Shown here: positions 51,816 through 63,011 of the stretch, piece by piece
Numbering within the stretch: position 1 is the stretch's first letter
Layout: every line of letters starts with the position of its first letter
Assembly: GCA_963841015.1 (NCBI GenBank)
Contig: CAWJAX010000003.1
Span: 544,001 to 608,000 of the forward strand
Direction: 5' to 3'
Length of the DNA stretch: 64,000 nucleotides
Source: an uncultured Methanoregulaceae archaeon
GTDB taxonomy: Archaea; Halobacteriota; Methanomicrobia; Methanomicrobiales; Methanospirillaceae
Notes under the pieces: generated by a model
Told to the model about the DNA's origin: nothing
Databases searched by the model: none
Seen by the model: only the letters and a program-made list of their open reading frames with translations
Made by a program: the position numbers and the translations under genes

Positions 51816-53327
51816 TTGAAGAAATTCTCCTTTATCGCCCATATGCCAGATACTCCGGGATCCCTTCACCGGGCTGCTGAGATCATCAAAAAATATGAAG
51901 GTAATATTAATCGTATACAGTATGATCGGCGCATTGACCCCGCAACCGTGTTTTATGAAGTTACAGCTTCACAAGAAGCGTTCAGGGAAATTACCCGGGA
52001 TCTTGCACTGATCGGGTATCTTCAGACGTCATTAAAACCTCAGGACTTTTTAAAGTTCTGTGTTTATCTTCCGCACCAGCCCGGTGCTCTTTATGAATTC
52101 CTGAATATTACAACATCGGTGGGAGCAAACATAGCGTTTATTGATTTTGATGATAAGGGAAGACACCCCGATCGTCTCACCGTAAGCCTGAACCTTGAGC
52201 AGAGTTCGGTTGTCGACCACATTTTAAACAAGCTGAAATCATGCTACCGTCTCGAAATCCTTGAATATGACACAACCGGAAAACACCTGGATGATACGGT
52301 TTTTTATGTCAGGTATGCCCAGGCAATACGCGAACTTATCGGGGAGTCAGAAGAAAATTTTTTACTTTCATTCCTTGCTGATACAAATCACATCGTACAG
52401 GAGCTGATGGCACAGGGGAATGATCCACGGAAAGTTTTTGAGAGTGTTCTTATAACCGGCAAGACGATGTGGGCGACAACCCGGGACAGGTTCTATGCAG
52501 ATGTCCAGAAATTTCAGATTACTGAACAATGCACCCTTTTTTGTTTCCAGGTCCCCTGTGGAGGGAATATTTTTTTGATTGCTACAGCCGAAGAAAAAAT
52601 CCTGATCGATACCGGTTACGGCATATATCACCATGACGTTCTGTCAATGCTTTCGCGGTATGGTCTTGGAGATGAACGGCAGGTATCGCGGATCATTGTC
52701 ACTCACGCAGATGCGGATCATTGCGGAGCTGCAGGGTATTTCACAGCACCGATTTTCATGCATGAAGATACTCTTGCAATCATAAAAAAGAACAACCGTG
52801 CATTTGGCTCCCGGAGCGAACATTCTATCCTTGAAGAGTTTTATACCAAGATGATCAACCTTTTCTCAAAGTTCAATACCCCGGCCAACGTAGTATGCTT
52901 CTCCCAGCAACCGGTAACGATGCGGGGAATTTTTCCGGTAATTGGTCTGGTAAGAATCGGAGATCTTGAACTGGAAGTCCTGGAAGGTCTTGGAGGCCAT
53001 ACCTGTGGACAGATCTATCTTTATTCCCGAAAAAATGGGCTGCTGTTCGCTGCAGACAGTCTGATCAACTTTTCGAGTCTCACAAAAGAGCGTGCTGAGT
53101 ACAGCTCACTTGCTGCTTTTCTTGTAACCTCGGTAAACGTGGACAGCGAACTGGCAAAAAAAGAGCGAAGAGCACTGCTTGAAATTGCTTTTGAAACTGA
53201 TAAGGCCATGTCAGCCACGGGCAAACGATGCCTTATCTGCGGAGGTCATGGAGCTGTATCAGTTCTTGAAGAGAACAAGCTTTTTTCTTATGGAACTGTT
53301 GAGCGCTATCAGCCACATACCCCATGA
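51816..53327 (+). CDS. Tandem ACT-like domains fused to MBL-fold metallo-hydrolase
   Basis: MPDTPGSLH.AA.II....GNI and LPHQPGALY..L......GANI (ACT-like); IDTGYG, THADADHCG, GGHT.G, GGHG (MBL). TTG start inferred. Confidence 0.78.
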   Translation: MKKFSFIAHMPDTPGSLHRAAEIIKKYEGNINRIQYDRRIDPATVFYEVTASQEAFREITRDLALIGYLQTSLKPQDFLKFCVYLPHQPGALYEFLNITTSVGANIAFIDFDDKGRHPDRLTVSLNLEQSSVVDHILNKLKSCYRLEILEYDTTGKHLDDTVFYVRYAQAIRELIGESEENFLLSFLADTNHIVQELMAQGNDPRKVFESVLITGKTMWATTRDRFYADVQKFQITEQCTLFCFQVPCGGNIFLIATAEEKILIDTGYGIYHHDVLSMLSRYGLGDERQVSRIIVTHADADHCGAAGYFTAPIFMHEDTLAIIKKNNRAFGSRSEHSILEEFYTKMINLFSKFNTPANVVCFSQQPVTMRGIFPVIGLVRIGDLELEVLEGLGGHTCGQIYLYSRKNGLLFAADSLINFSSLTKERAEYSSLAAFLVTSVNVDSELAKKERRALLEIAFETDKAMSATGKRCLICGGHGAVSVLEENKLFSYGTVERYQPHTP

Positions 53328-53429
53328 AATTTGAAGGAGGGATAAAATAATCGCAATTCAGGTTTTTTTGTGTTGAAGACTTCCTTGTAGAGAGTCCTGA
53401 TTAGGACCCTGAAAATAATTATTTCCAAT

Positions 53430-53860
53430 ATTGCAGAGGTTCAATTTGATTTTAAATTCCTTATCCCGGGTTCTGAAGCTTCGGGCTTTGAGGGAATTTC
53501 AAACTTACTTCTGAGAACGGAGAATACGGTTTCGACTAAGTTTTTTCTCTTATGTCGTGTCCAATCGAATAGATGGGAGATTTTACGTCGCTATAATCCA
53601 AAGATCCGTTTTCGTGACGGCTATGGGTTCAGGTCATCTTGGATAAGTTTAGGAATATCTTCAGAGTTGTATCTTTTGCCGAAAACGAAGATCGGTTTTT
53701 CTGGTTCTGTGGCTTAAAAAGAGATGTTTTTCGGGATTGGGGGGTGTCATGAACTTGCTATTGAGAGATCACGAACTTGGCAATTATCTGATAATCCTTG
53801 TTCGTCGACTTGGAGGTTCAGGATATTTACTCTTGAGATAATTCGATTCAATGAAATTGG
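53430..53860 (-). mobile_element. Degenerate IS5-family transposase remnant
   Basis: Manual translation ...VHD...FVFGKRYNSEDIPKLIQDDLNP*..RKRIFGL*RRK...FD...KRKNLVETVFSVLRSKF, resembling the DKGYDSE and R..VET.FS.LK motifs, with stops and frameshifts. Confidence 0.7.
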
Positions 53861-53887
53861 CCATTAAAAATTTTCCCCGTATTGTTT

Positions 53888-55030
53888 TTATTTATGTAAT
53901 TGTTTAGTTCTTATCAAGGATTGATAATAAGCTTCAATATTCGATGTGATACCATTCCAATCATATGAAACAACTGATTCTATACAGAAGCCTTTCATTT
54001 CTGCGTGGTGCTGGAGTGCATGACTGATCTTGTCGGCAAGATCCTGGGCAGAAAGAGAACAAAGGTATCCGTTATTTTCTGTAATTAAATCACGGACCGC
54101 ATTTGCCGGATGATCTACCGTTACAACCGGGAGCCCACATGCCAGGGCTTCAAGCGCGGTAATACCAAATCCCTCCCGTGTGGAGGGAAGCACGAAAACC
54201 TGAGAAGATTTTAATTGAGCAATGAGATCATCATGATTCTGAAAAAATCCATATAAATGAATGGTGTTTTTATCCTTTTTGTCATTAATAAGGTTGTGAA
54301 TTTTTCCATATTCCGGACCTTCCCCTATAATAACTCCACGAATATCCGGTTTTTCATGCTGGAGGAGTTTAACCGCATGTATTAGCAAATCTGCATGTTT
54401 TTCTTTGATGAGCCTTCCCACAAAAATAATATCCCATGATTCAGAAGATGACGAGACCGATCTTATTCTGGAGAGATCTATTCCGTTAGGGATAATTTTG
54501 ATTTTATGACGAACTCCCAGATTATTAAGGTTTTTCGCAGTAGTTTTCGACACAGCTACATTCTCTGAAGTGAACCGGGCAACCAGTCGCTCAGTCGCTT
54601 TCCCGACAAATCCTCTCCATCCAAGATATTCGTACCAGTAATCTCCCCATACTTCATGCCATGTAATGACAAGCGGGATTTTTTTTAATGTTGCAAAAAA
54701 TTTTGCAGAAAAGCAGGAGAAATAGGGAAACTGCTGGCAATCGATTACATCAAATCTTTCCTTTAATAAGGGAGCGATGAGGTGTATGCTGAAATAGAGA
54801 GCCTGCCATATGGTCCTCCTGCCCCCGAAATATAGTTTTTGAGCTGGACAGACTCCGTGCAGGAACACCCCTTCGCGGATAAGTATCTCCTCCCCATCCC
54901 AGAATTTCATTCCGAAAAGATGAACCTCATGCCCGCGACGGGTGAGCCGTGTTGCAAGTTCCCAAACGCGTTTTTCCACGCCACCTTTTACGTAAGGGTA
55001 GATAACATCGTAGACAAAGGCAATTTTCAT
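53888..55030 (-). CDS. Glycosyltransferase family 4
   Basis: GGVEKR, IPNGID, GRL.KEK, PSTREGFGITALEALACG. Confidence 0.92.
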   Translation of the reverse strand: MKIAFVYDVIYPYVKGGVEKRVWELATRLTRRGHEVHLFGMKFWDGEEILIREGVFLHGVCPAQKLYFGGRRTIWQALYFSIHLIAPLLKERFDVIDCQQFPYFSCFSAKFFATLKKIPLVITWHEVWGDYWYEYLGWRGFVGKATERLVARFTSENVAVSKTTAKNLNNLGVRHKIKIIPNGIDLSRIRSVSSSSESWDIIFVGRLIKEKHADLLIHAVKLLQHEKPDIRGVIIGEGPEYGKIHNLINDKKDKNTIHLYGFFQNHDDLIAQLKSSQVFVLPSTREGFGITALEALACGLPVVTVDHPANAVRDLITENNGYLCSLSAQDLADKISHALQHHAEMKGFCIESVVSYDWNGITSNIEAYYQSLIRTKQLHK

Positions 55031-55039
55031 CCTACAAAC

Positions 55040-56197
55040 CTATTCAGGATAATTGTTCTCATTGAGGAGCATCATACTTTGGAACACAGCGAAGAGAAAT
55101 ATCTGTATTCCGCTTACGATCAATACGAGGGAAAAAATTGCAGTAGAGATTTCAGAAAGAAATCCGAAATCAGTCAAGACCCAGTGGAGGAAGATATTGA
55201 AACCGAGTAGAATTCCTGTAAAGATTGAAAAAAATCCCACAACAAGAAGTATTTCCAGACTGTGGTATTTCATGAGGAATTCGATAAAACCCTGCTTCTT
55301 CTCATATCCATGGATTACTGAATAGGTCTTCATCAGAAAGCCAGAAAGGACAACCTGAATACCGCCTATTACCAGGATTGCACCAAGAATGAAAGTGTGA
55401 AGATGGGATGATTCGATATCCCCCTTAATTGAAAAAAATGTCATGAGTAAAATCCCAACAACAAAGAATAAAAATCCCGGTACAGCAATGAAGGGGAGGG
55501 GTTTCATTAGGAGGACAAACCGGATGTGGCGCCAGCCATCGGCAAAACTGTGTAATTTGGAAGGGGTCAGCCGCGGGTAGTAGGAGATAGGCACTTCTTC
55601 TATGCGCAGCCTTTCTTTTGATGCCATGACAAGCATTTCCGAAGCGAATTCCATTCCTCCTGTAGTAAGAGGCAGCCGGTCAAGTGCTTCACGGGTTATC
55701 GAGCGAAACCCGCTGTGAGTATCAGAATAATGGGTATGGAAAATGAAGTTAAGCATCCACGTCAGAACCGGATTTCCAATATACCGGTGAAGCCCATCCA
55801 TCGAACCCTTATGGATTGTCCCTTTGAACCGGGAACCGATTACAAAATCGGCACCGTTCTTAAGAGGAAACAGGAGTTTTGGTATTTCAAGAAAATCATA
55901 GGTATTATCTGCATCTCCCATGACAATATAACGGCCTCGAGCATGCTTGAATCCGGTAAGGTATGCATTCCCATACCCTTTTTTTTCTGCGTTTACGACA
56001 TTTGCTCCGAGGGAATAGGCAATTTCAGCGGTTTTGTCCGTTGATGAATCAACGACAATTATCTCGCCATCGATGGCATTTTCCCGGAGCACCTTTTGAA
56101 TTTTTGTTATACACTCACCAATGGTATGCGCTTCGTTAAGAGCTGGAAGAACGACTGAAACATCAACCTTATTTCCCTTATCTGATTCAGCATCCAT
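55040..56197 (-). CDS. GT2 polyprenol/dolichol-phosphate glycosyltransferase-like protein with C-terminal TM helices
   Basis: PALNE, GYG.A...G, DAD.TY, GSRF, D..SGFR, SKL..F.DG. Confidence 0.88.
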   Translation of the reverse strand: MDAESDKGNKVDVSVVLPALNEAHTIGECITKIQKVLRENAIDGEIIVVDSSTDKTAEIAYSLGANVVNAEKKGYGNAYLTGFKHARGRYIVMGDADNTYDFLEIPKLLFPLKNGADFVIGSRFKGTIHKGSMDGLHRYIGNPVLTWMLNFIFHTHYSDTHSGFRSITREALDRLPLTTGGMEFASEMLVMASKERLRIEEVPISYYPRLTPSKLHSFADGWRHIRFVLLMKPLPFIAVPGFLFFVVGILLMTFFSIKGDIESSHLHTFILGAILVIGGIQVVLSGFLMKTYSVIHGYEKKQGFIEFLMKYHSLEILLVVGFFSIFTGILLGFNIFLHWVLTDFGFLSEISTAIFSLVLIVSGIQIFLFAVFQSMMLLNENNYPE

Positions 56198-56329
56198 TGT
56201 CTGTCCCTAAACAGTTTCGTGCGATTGTAAAAATACTCAATGTTTTGATTTCAGAAAAAGGTTGGGAAAACGTTCGGAATATAATTGTTACCATTTTTCA
56301 AAACAAGGCATGATCTCTATTAGGGTAAT

Positions 56330-56660
56330 TTGGATAACTTTGGTTTTTTGATACGCCTTAAGGGGTCTAAAGAAAAATGTGACCTCTTTGGACAATTTCT
56401 TTGCGTCCCTGGCATCTCTCGATGCCGCAACACTGCTTAATGCCTCGGGGGTATTCTTCGATATTCCACCCGAGATCTTTGAACGTTTTTCTTTCGGGTT
56501 CTGATACACCGAGGATATCTGTTGCCCAATGTTCAGCATCTCCATCCGAATGAACAACTCTGAAAACTTTGATGAAACCATATTGGCACAAGTGAACAAC
56601 TCTTCCTTCAGGAGGTATGTCAATCTCCGAGATTTGGCGATTATTCGTATGATCCGGATC
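56330..56660 (-). mobile_element. IS701-family transposase remnant
   Basis: YGFIKVFR......EHWAT...WNIEEYPRGIKQCCGIERCQGR....QRGHI fragment; no full-length ORF. Confidence 0.72.
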
Positions 56661-56886
56661 TTATTTCATTAATTTCGTTATAATGTTGGCTAAAATTTCC
56701 GCTGTGCATATCAATCTCAATTTTACACCAAATCACATTTTGAAAAGCAGATCTCTGACATGAAAATAATTATAGTCGGAAATTCATAGCATAATCATCA
56801 AGTGTATCGTATACAAAATCTTGAAAAAAGAGTTATAAGTCATCTCTTGGTGTAGAAATGGAATTTATTCATATTGGTGCAATAAC

Positions 56887-57978
56887 GTGAAAATTGCGAT
56901 ATTTCATGATTACTTCGGTGCGATTGGCGGGGGAGAAAAAGTAGTTGTGGCTATGGCAAAGATCCTCAATGCCGACATCATTACCACTGACACCGATGCT
57001 TTGAAGAAACTGGATTCATCTGTCCATGTCATCAGCCTGGGAAATACGATTACATATCCGGGACTCAAGCAGATTTCTGCTGCATTGAAATTTTATTTCT
57101 GCAATTTTTCCAGAGATTATGAGGTTTTTATTTTCAGCGGCAACTGGGCGCACTATGCTGCGCACCAGCATCATCCTAACATTTGGTACTGTCATACACC
57201 GGTTAGAGTATTTTATGATAATTATGAAAATTTTCTCAGCACGTTACCCTTTTTCAAACGATTTTTTTTCCGTTTTTATGCATATCATTTCAGGTCTTTT
57301 GAGATTAAATCCCTTCCAAACATTGATCATATCATAACAAATTCATACAATATTCAAAAGAGGATTGATCGCTATTTCCAGAGAAAATCTGAGGTTATTT
57401 ACCCCCCAATAGAGACTTCAAAATTTTATTGTTCTGAATATGGAGCATTCTGGTTATCCGTGAACCGGCTGTATCCAGAGAAACAGATTGAACTGCAGAT
57501 TGAGAGTTTCCGTGCCATGCCGGAATTGGAACTTATTGTCGTCGGGGGTTTTGCAAGGGGGGATCATTCAGCACCATATGTTAAAAAAATTCAGTCAAAT
57601 ACTCCATCAAATGTGACTTTTTTTGGAGAATTACAAGAAACTGAATTACTTTATCTGTATGCGCATTGCCGGGGACTCATCTGCACTGCATTAGACGAAG
57701 ACTTTGGAATAACACCCATTGAAGCAATGGCAAGCGGTAAGCCGGTTGTTGCAGTTGATTCCGGAGGATTCCGGGAAACTGTGACACCGCACACCGGTAT
57801 ACTCGTAAAACCGGATGTGATGAGTATAGTAACTGCAATTCGGCAAATATCAAAAAATCCTGCCCAGTATCATGACTCGTGTATAGCCCGTTCAAAGGAG
57901 TTTAATTGTGAGGCGTTTGAGAAAAAGATACGGCAATGGGTACGCGACAACATTTCTCCTTTATCAGTCTCTCTGTAA
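56887..57978 (+). CDS. Glycosyltransferase family 4
   Basis: HDY....GGGEKV, YCHTP.R, NRL.PEK, EDFGITPIEAMASGKPV. Confidence 0.92.
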   Translation: MKIAIFHDYFGAIGGGEKVVVAMAKILNADIITTDTDALKKLDSSVHVISLGNTITYPGLKQISAALKFYFCNFSRDYEVFIFSGNWAHYAAHQHHPNIWYCHTPVRVFYDNYENFLSTLPFFKRFFFRFYAYHFRSFEIKSLPNIDHIITNSYNIQKRIDRYFQRKSEVIYPPIETSKFYCSEYGAFWLSVNRLYPEKQIELQIESFRAMPELELIVVGGFARGDHSAPYVKKIQSNTPSNVTFFGELQETELLYLYAHCRGLICTALDEDFGITPIEAMASGKPVVAVDSGGFRETVTPHTGILVKPDVMSIVTAIRQISKNPAQYHDSCIARSKEFNCEAFEKKIRQWVRDNISPLSVSL

Positions 57979-58039
57979 ATGGAGCGTTGTCCGATTTTTA
58001 TTCTTATCTTTTTTTATATTCCAGATGCCAAACAATGGT

Positions 58040-58516
58040 ATGGATAGATCCATTGAGGGGGTCAGAGTAAAAAACCTGCGAGTTATCCCGGATGAGCGCG
58101 GGTGGCTCATGGAAATATTGCGGTGCGATGATAATATTTTTGAAAAATTCGGACAGGTCTATCTCACTACTGCATATCCAGGTGTGGTGAAAGCCTGGCA
58201 TTATCACAAGAAACAAACTGATAATTTCACCTGCATTCACGGGATGATGAAAGTTGCGCTTTATGATGCGAGGAAGGATTCACCAACCTATCGGGGACTG
58301 ATGGAAATTTTTGTCGGAGAAAAGAATCCGGTTCTTATCAGCGTCCCACCCGGAGTCTACCATGGATTCAAAGGGATCGGTTCGGATACTGCATATTTCC
58401 TGAGCATCCCTACACTCCCGTACGATTACAAAGAACCGGATGAATATCGTATCCCACCAAATACACCGGAAATCCCTTATGACTGGGGACTCGCACCGGG
58501 ACTTAAACATGGCTAA
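58040..58516 (+). CDS. rmlC: dTDP-4-dehydrorhamnose 3,5-epimerase family
   Basis: DERG...E, WHYH, VPPGVYHGF cupin motifs; operon context. Confidence 0.88.
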   Translation: MDRSIEGVRVKNLRVIPDERGWLMEILRCDDNIFEKFGQVYLTTAYPGVVKAWHYHKKQTDNFTCIHGMMKVALYDARKDSPTYRGLMEIFVGEKNPVLISVPPGVYHGFKGIGSDTAYFLSIPTLPYDYKEPDEYRIPPNTPEIPYDWGLAPGLKHG

Positions 58517-58540
58517 GTTCAGGGAGCGGGAGCAAAAATA

Positions 58541-59503
58541 ATGAAATTACTCATTACCGGGGGCGCGGGATTCATCGGGAGCAATTTTATTCTCTACATG
58601 ATGAACTCGCATCCAGATGTTGAGATAATCAATCTCGATGTCCTGACGTATGCAGGCAACCTTAATAATTTAAAAAGTGTTGATAAAAATCCGCGTTATA
58701 CTTTTATCAGGGGTGATATTTGCGACCAGAATATTGTCAATTCGATTCTTGACAGGTACAGAGTTGATACAATCGTCCATTTTGCTGCAGAAAGTCACGT
58801 CGATCGTTCTATTACAAAGTCTTCGGAATTTGTTCGGACAAATGTTCTTGGAACCCAAAACCTCCTGGAATGTGCACGGCATCACCTGATCGAGAAGTTC
58901 ATCCACATATCGACAGATGAAGTATATGGGAGCACCATAACGGGATCGTTTACAGAAAATAATATCCTTTCACCCTCCAGCCCCTATTCAGCAAGCAAGG
59001 CGGGATCAGACCTTCTCGCCCTTTCTTATTTTACGACATATAAACTGCCTGTCATCATCACACGGTGCACGAACAATTTCGGCCCCTGCCAGCATCCTGA
59101 GAAATTAATACCTCTCTTTGTAACCAATCTCCTTGAAGGCAGGAAAGTCCCCGTTTACGGGACAGGTAAAAATGTTCGCGACTGGATCCATGTAAGTGAT
59201 CATTGCCAGGCAGTTGAGTTCCTCCTAAAGAAGGGAAATTTCGGAGAAATTTATAATATCGGTGGCGGTAACGAGATGACGAATATCGAAATTACCGAAA
59301 AAATTTTAGCGTTCCTGAAAAAAGATGAATCATTAATTGAGTATGTAACTGATCGACCGGGACATGACTTCCGGTATTCTCTTGATTGTTCGAAGTTGAG
59401 GAATATGGGCTGGAGTCCCCGGTATTCATTTGAAGAAGGCCTGAAAGATACAGTTGAATGGTATATCAGGAACGAATGGTGGTGGAGACCATTAAAGAAA
59501 TAA
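58541..59503 (+). CDS. rmlB: dTDP-glucose 4,6-dehydratase
   Basis: TGGAGFIGSNF, AAESHVDRSI, STDEVYG, PYSASKA, DRPGHD.RY. Confidence 0.96.
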   Translation: MKLLITGGAGFIGSNFILYMMNSHPDVEIINLDVLTYAGNLNNLKSVDKNPRYTFIRGDICDQNIVNSILDRYRVDTIVHFAAESHVDRSITKSSEFVRTNVLGTQNLLECARHHLIEKFIHISTDEVYGSTITGSFTENNILSPSSPYSASKAGSDLLALSYFTTYKLPVIITRCTNNFGPCQHPEKLIPLFVTNLLEGRKVPVYGTGKNVRDWIHVSDHCQAVEFLLKKGNFGEIYNIGGGNEMTNIEITEKILAFLKKDESLIEYVTDRPGHDFRYSLDCSKLRNMGWSPRYSFEEGLKDTVEWYIRNEWWWRPLKK

Positions 59504-60306
59504 ATCACCAGAAAACCATTCTTTTCGGTGCTTACGGAATGCTCGGGCATGCGTTGCAGGAGGTATTTCCTCATGCACTCTGTATTGGACATCACAATGT
59601 GGATATCACTGATGAAAATGCGATAATGAAACTAGTGAAACGGGAGCGTCCGGCTATTGTTATCAATGCAGCGGCATACACAAATGTTGACGGATGTGAG
59701 GATAACCGCGAATACGCATTTGCAGTGAATGGAAATGGGCCTGGATATATTGCAAAGGTTTGTGGTAATATTGATGCGATTCTTGTTCACTTTAGTACCG
59801 ATTATATTTTTGATGGGACCAAGACAGAATATCGGGAGGATGACCGTCCGAATCCGATCAATGCATATGGTGAATCAAAACTGCTTGGGGAGGTATCAGT
59901 TACAAAAAACCTGGAGAATTACCGGATTATCAGAACATCGTGGTTGTATGGGAGTCACGGAAAAAATTTTGTGGACACGATTCTTACCTTATCACGGCAG
60001 ATGCCGGTTGTTCGTGTAGTAAACGATCAGGTTGGAAAACCTACCTATACTGTTGACCTTGCAAATAAAGTACCGGAGATAATATCGTGTGATCCCGGGA
60101 TATATCATATCACCAACGATGGCCAATGCAGCTGGTATGAGTTTGCAAGTGCATTTATTCCAAACGCTACACCCTGTTCTACCGAAGAATTCCCAAGAAG
60201 AGCAAAGCGTCCCGCATATTCAGTTCTGGCAAATACAAAGACACTACCACTCCGACACTGGAAGGAAGCGGTACATGAGTATATTCGAATAAAGGAAAGG
60301 ACCTGA
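59476..60306 (+). CDS. rmlD: dTDP-4-dehydrorhamnose reductase
   Basis: GAYGMLG, NAAAYT.VD..E, STDY.FDG, YG.SKL.GE, A.RP.YS.L; start uncertain (59458 or 59476). Confidence 0.93.
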   Translation: MVVETIKEINHQKTILFGAYGMLGHALQEVFPHALCIGHHNVDITDENAIMKLVKRERPAIVINAAAYTNVDGCEDNREYAFAVNGNGPGYIAKVCGNIDAILVHFSTDYIFDGTKTEYREDDRPNPINAYGESKLLGEVSVTKNLENYRIIRTSWLYGSHGKNFVDTILTLSRQMPVVRVVNDQVGKPTYTVDLANKVPEIISCDPGIYHITNDGQCSWYEFASAFIPNATPCSTEEFPRRAKRPAYSVLANTKTLPLRHWKEAVHEYIRIKERT

Positions 60307-60307
60307 A

Positions 60308-61039
60308 ATGAAAGGGATTATTCTTGCCGGAGGAACCGGCTCACGATTATTTCCGTTGACTAAAGTGACCAACAAACACCTGTTGCCCGTTTATGACAGG
60401 CCAATGATCTATTTTCCGCTTCACACGCTCGTCAATGCAGGAATAACCGAGATCATGATCGTATCAGGACGCGGACATGCGGGACATTTTCTTGAATTGC
60501 TCGGTTCTGGAATGGAATTCGGGATCAACCTTACATATGAGATCCAGGAAACTGCAGGAGGAATTGCACAGGCGCTGGGGCTTGCAGCAAACTGGGCAGA
60601 CGACGATGATGTTGCAGTAATCCTTGGGGACAATATTTTCCAGGATAATGTGAAAGCTGATGTTGCCTCATTCAAGGATGGTGCAAAGATATTCTTAAAA
60701 GAGGTTGAAGATGCCCAACGGTTTGGTGTTGCTGAGCTCAAAAAAGATGATGTCATTTCCATTGAGGAGAAACCCCAAAACCCTAAGTCAAACTATGCGG
60801 TGACGGGGTTGTATCTTTATGACAATGAGGTCTTCTCAATTATCAGGACGTTGAAACCATCACGTCGGGGGGAACTTGAGATCACGGATGTAAATAATGC
60901 CTATCTCCGGAAAAAGATGATGCAGTACGCAATATTAAAGGGATTCTGGAGCGATGCTGGGACATTTGATAGCTTGCTAAAGGCAAGTATTCTCGTGCAG
61001 CAACATAGTAAGAAAAAGCAATTTGATAGTCAGATATAA
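60308..61039 (+). CDS. rmlA: Glucose-1-phosphate thymidylyltransferase (short form)
   Basis: KGIILAGGTGSRL.PLT...NKHLLP.YD.PMI, LGDN, EKP, RGELEITD. Confidence 0.92.
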   Translation: MKGIILAGGTGSRLFPLTKVTNKHLLPVYDRPMIYFPLHTLVNAGITEIMIVSGRGHAGHFLELLGSGMEFGINLTYEIQETAGGIAQALGLAANWADDDDVAVILGDNIFQDNVKADVASFKDGAKIFLKEVEDAQRFGVAELKKDDVISIEEKPQNPKSNYAVTGLYLYDNEVFSIIRTLKPSRRGELEITDVNNAYLRKKMMQYAILKGFWSDAGTFDSLLKASILVQQHSKKKQFDSQI

Positions 61040-61157
61040 AAAAAATGAGTTTTAGGGTAATCACCGGGTAATTTTCGGTAATAATAGGATAGAATCAATG
61101 ATATTATTTCAAATCTGATTGATTTACATAATAATTAAAAATTCACAAAGGAACCTT

Positions 61158-62127
61158 ATGCCCAATGAAGCTTCTCATCCTTTGATCAGCGTTATTGTTG
61201 TAAATTACAATGGGAAGAAATTCTTATCAGATTGTTTCAATTCCCTCCTTCACCAGACATACAGGCCGTTTGAAATGATAATGGTTGATAATGCTTCAAA
61301 CGATGGCAGCGTTGGATATGTTCAAAAGAACTTTCCTGATGTAAAAATATTCACTCAATCCACTAATCTGGGGTTTGCCGGGGGTACGAATGTCGGAATA
61401 CGGGTAGCAAAAGGCGAGTTAATTTTCACACTCAACAATGATACGATTGCAGACTCACACATGCTTGAAGAAATTGTTCGACCCATGCAATTGGATTTGT
61501 GTGTGGGGGTATGCGGTTCAAAGATGCTCCTGCCCGATGGGAGGATCAACTCGACCGCAATCTGCATCTCACGGAGTGGAGTGTGCATGGGACCGGGGCA
61601 TGGGTGAGCCGGATCGTGGTCAATACGATTTACCAGAAGAAGTGTTCGGAGCCTGTGCGGGAGCGGCGCTCTACCGGCGCTCAATGCTTGAAGAGATCGG
61701 GCTCTTTGACGAGGACTTTTTTCTCTTTATGGAAGATGTCGATCTTGCATTTCGTGCACAGCTGTCGGGGTGGAAGTGTATGTATGTACCTTCAGCACGG
61801 GTCGTTCATATTCATGGGGGAACATCAGGACCTGGATCAGATATGGCAGTATATTATGGGAACCGGAATTTATTTTGGAATGTAATCAAGAATTTTCCCT
61901 TAAAGACACTTCTTTTTTCAAGTCCTTGGATAATTGGAAGGAATTGCGCAGACATTCCGTATTATATCTTAAAAGGCAGGGGGCTTTCAATCTTTCGTGC
62001 TAAAATTGATATGATGAAAGGAGTGAAAATGATGATGAGAAAGCGTCAGAGTGTTAAAAAGAAGGTATCCGATGAGACAATTGAATTATCAATTAGTTTT
62101 TGGAGCAGGGGCCGTACAAAAAAATGA
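61158..62127 (+). CDS. GT2 glycosyltransferase (rhamnosyltransferase-like), frameshifted near 61585
   Basis: VNYN, VDNAS.DGS, NLGFAGG.N, LNND; second frame GA...Y...G.FDEDFF...EDVDL..R. Confidence 0.87.
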
Positions 62128-62228
62128 TTGTAAAAAATTTCAATACATTTTCCCGTTTTTCACTGCTATGAAACGGTAACATTTAATGAAAAAGTAAGTG
62201 TAATTAAACATCAACATTTGAGATTAAA

Positions 62229-63011
62229 ATGAAATCCATCTTTGAATATCGGGGACTTATCTGGAATTTTATAAAGCGGGATATCTCCTCGAAGTATGTG
62301 GGATCATTTCTGGGGTTATACTGGTCGTTGCTCAACCCGATCATCACCCTCATGGTCTACGTTATGGTCTTTGGCGTTCTTTTGAAAGTACGTCTTCCCG
62401 GGGATACAAGTATATGGGACTATACCTTGTATTTCGCATCCGGGTTTCTTCCCTGGCAGGCATTCCAGGATTCCGTTATGAGAGCATCGCGCTCGATCAT
62501 CGAAAATAAAAATTATATCAAAAAAGTGCCTTTCCCCAGTGAGATCTTTCCCATCTATACCACATTATCTGAATTTGTTAACCTGTTCATAGGGCTGGCA
62601 ATTTATTTTATACTGTTTTTTTCCTTAAAAGGGGCACCTACGGTGTATATCCTCCTCCTCCCGCTGGCTATTATCCTGCAGATGGTGTTTACCCTTTCGC
62701 TGGCTTTCTTCCTGTCAAGCGGTGCGGTTTACTTCCGGGATATCCCGACGATGCTGGGGCCTCTGTTCATGATTTGGTTCTGGGTTACACCGATTGCATA
62801 TACGGTCAATCTTATCCCTGAGAATTTCCAGTGGATTGTGAAACTTAATCCTGCTTATTATATGCTGGAGATTTATCGTGACACATTATTCTATGGGAAA
62901 TTTCCGGAACTCAACATCCTAATACCATTCTTTGTCTTTTCTTTTGTAATGTTGGCACTAGGTATCCTGTTCTTCCGGAAGACAAAACGCGGATTTGGGG
63001 AGCTCTTATGA
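62229..63011 (+). CDS. wzm: ABC polysaccharide exporter permease (Wzm)
   Basis: RDI..KY.GS.LG..W.L.NP, KKV.FP, FRD, TPI.Y, NP. Confidence 0.9.
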   Translation: MKSIFEYRGLIWNFIKRDISSKYVGSFLGLYWSLLNPIITLMVYVMVFGVLLKVRLPGDTSIWDYTLYFASGFLPWQAFQDSVMRASRSIIENKNYIKKVPFPSEIFPIYTTLSEFVNLFIGLAIYFILFFSLKGAPTVYILLLPLAIILQMVFTLSLAFFLSSGAVYFRDIPTMLGPLFMIWFWVTPIAYTVNLIPENFQWIVKLNPAYYMLEIYRDTLFYGKFPELNILIPFFVFSFVMLALGILFFRKTKRGFGELL

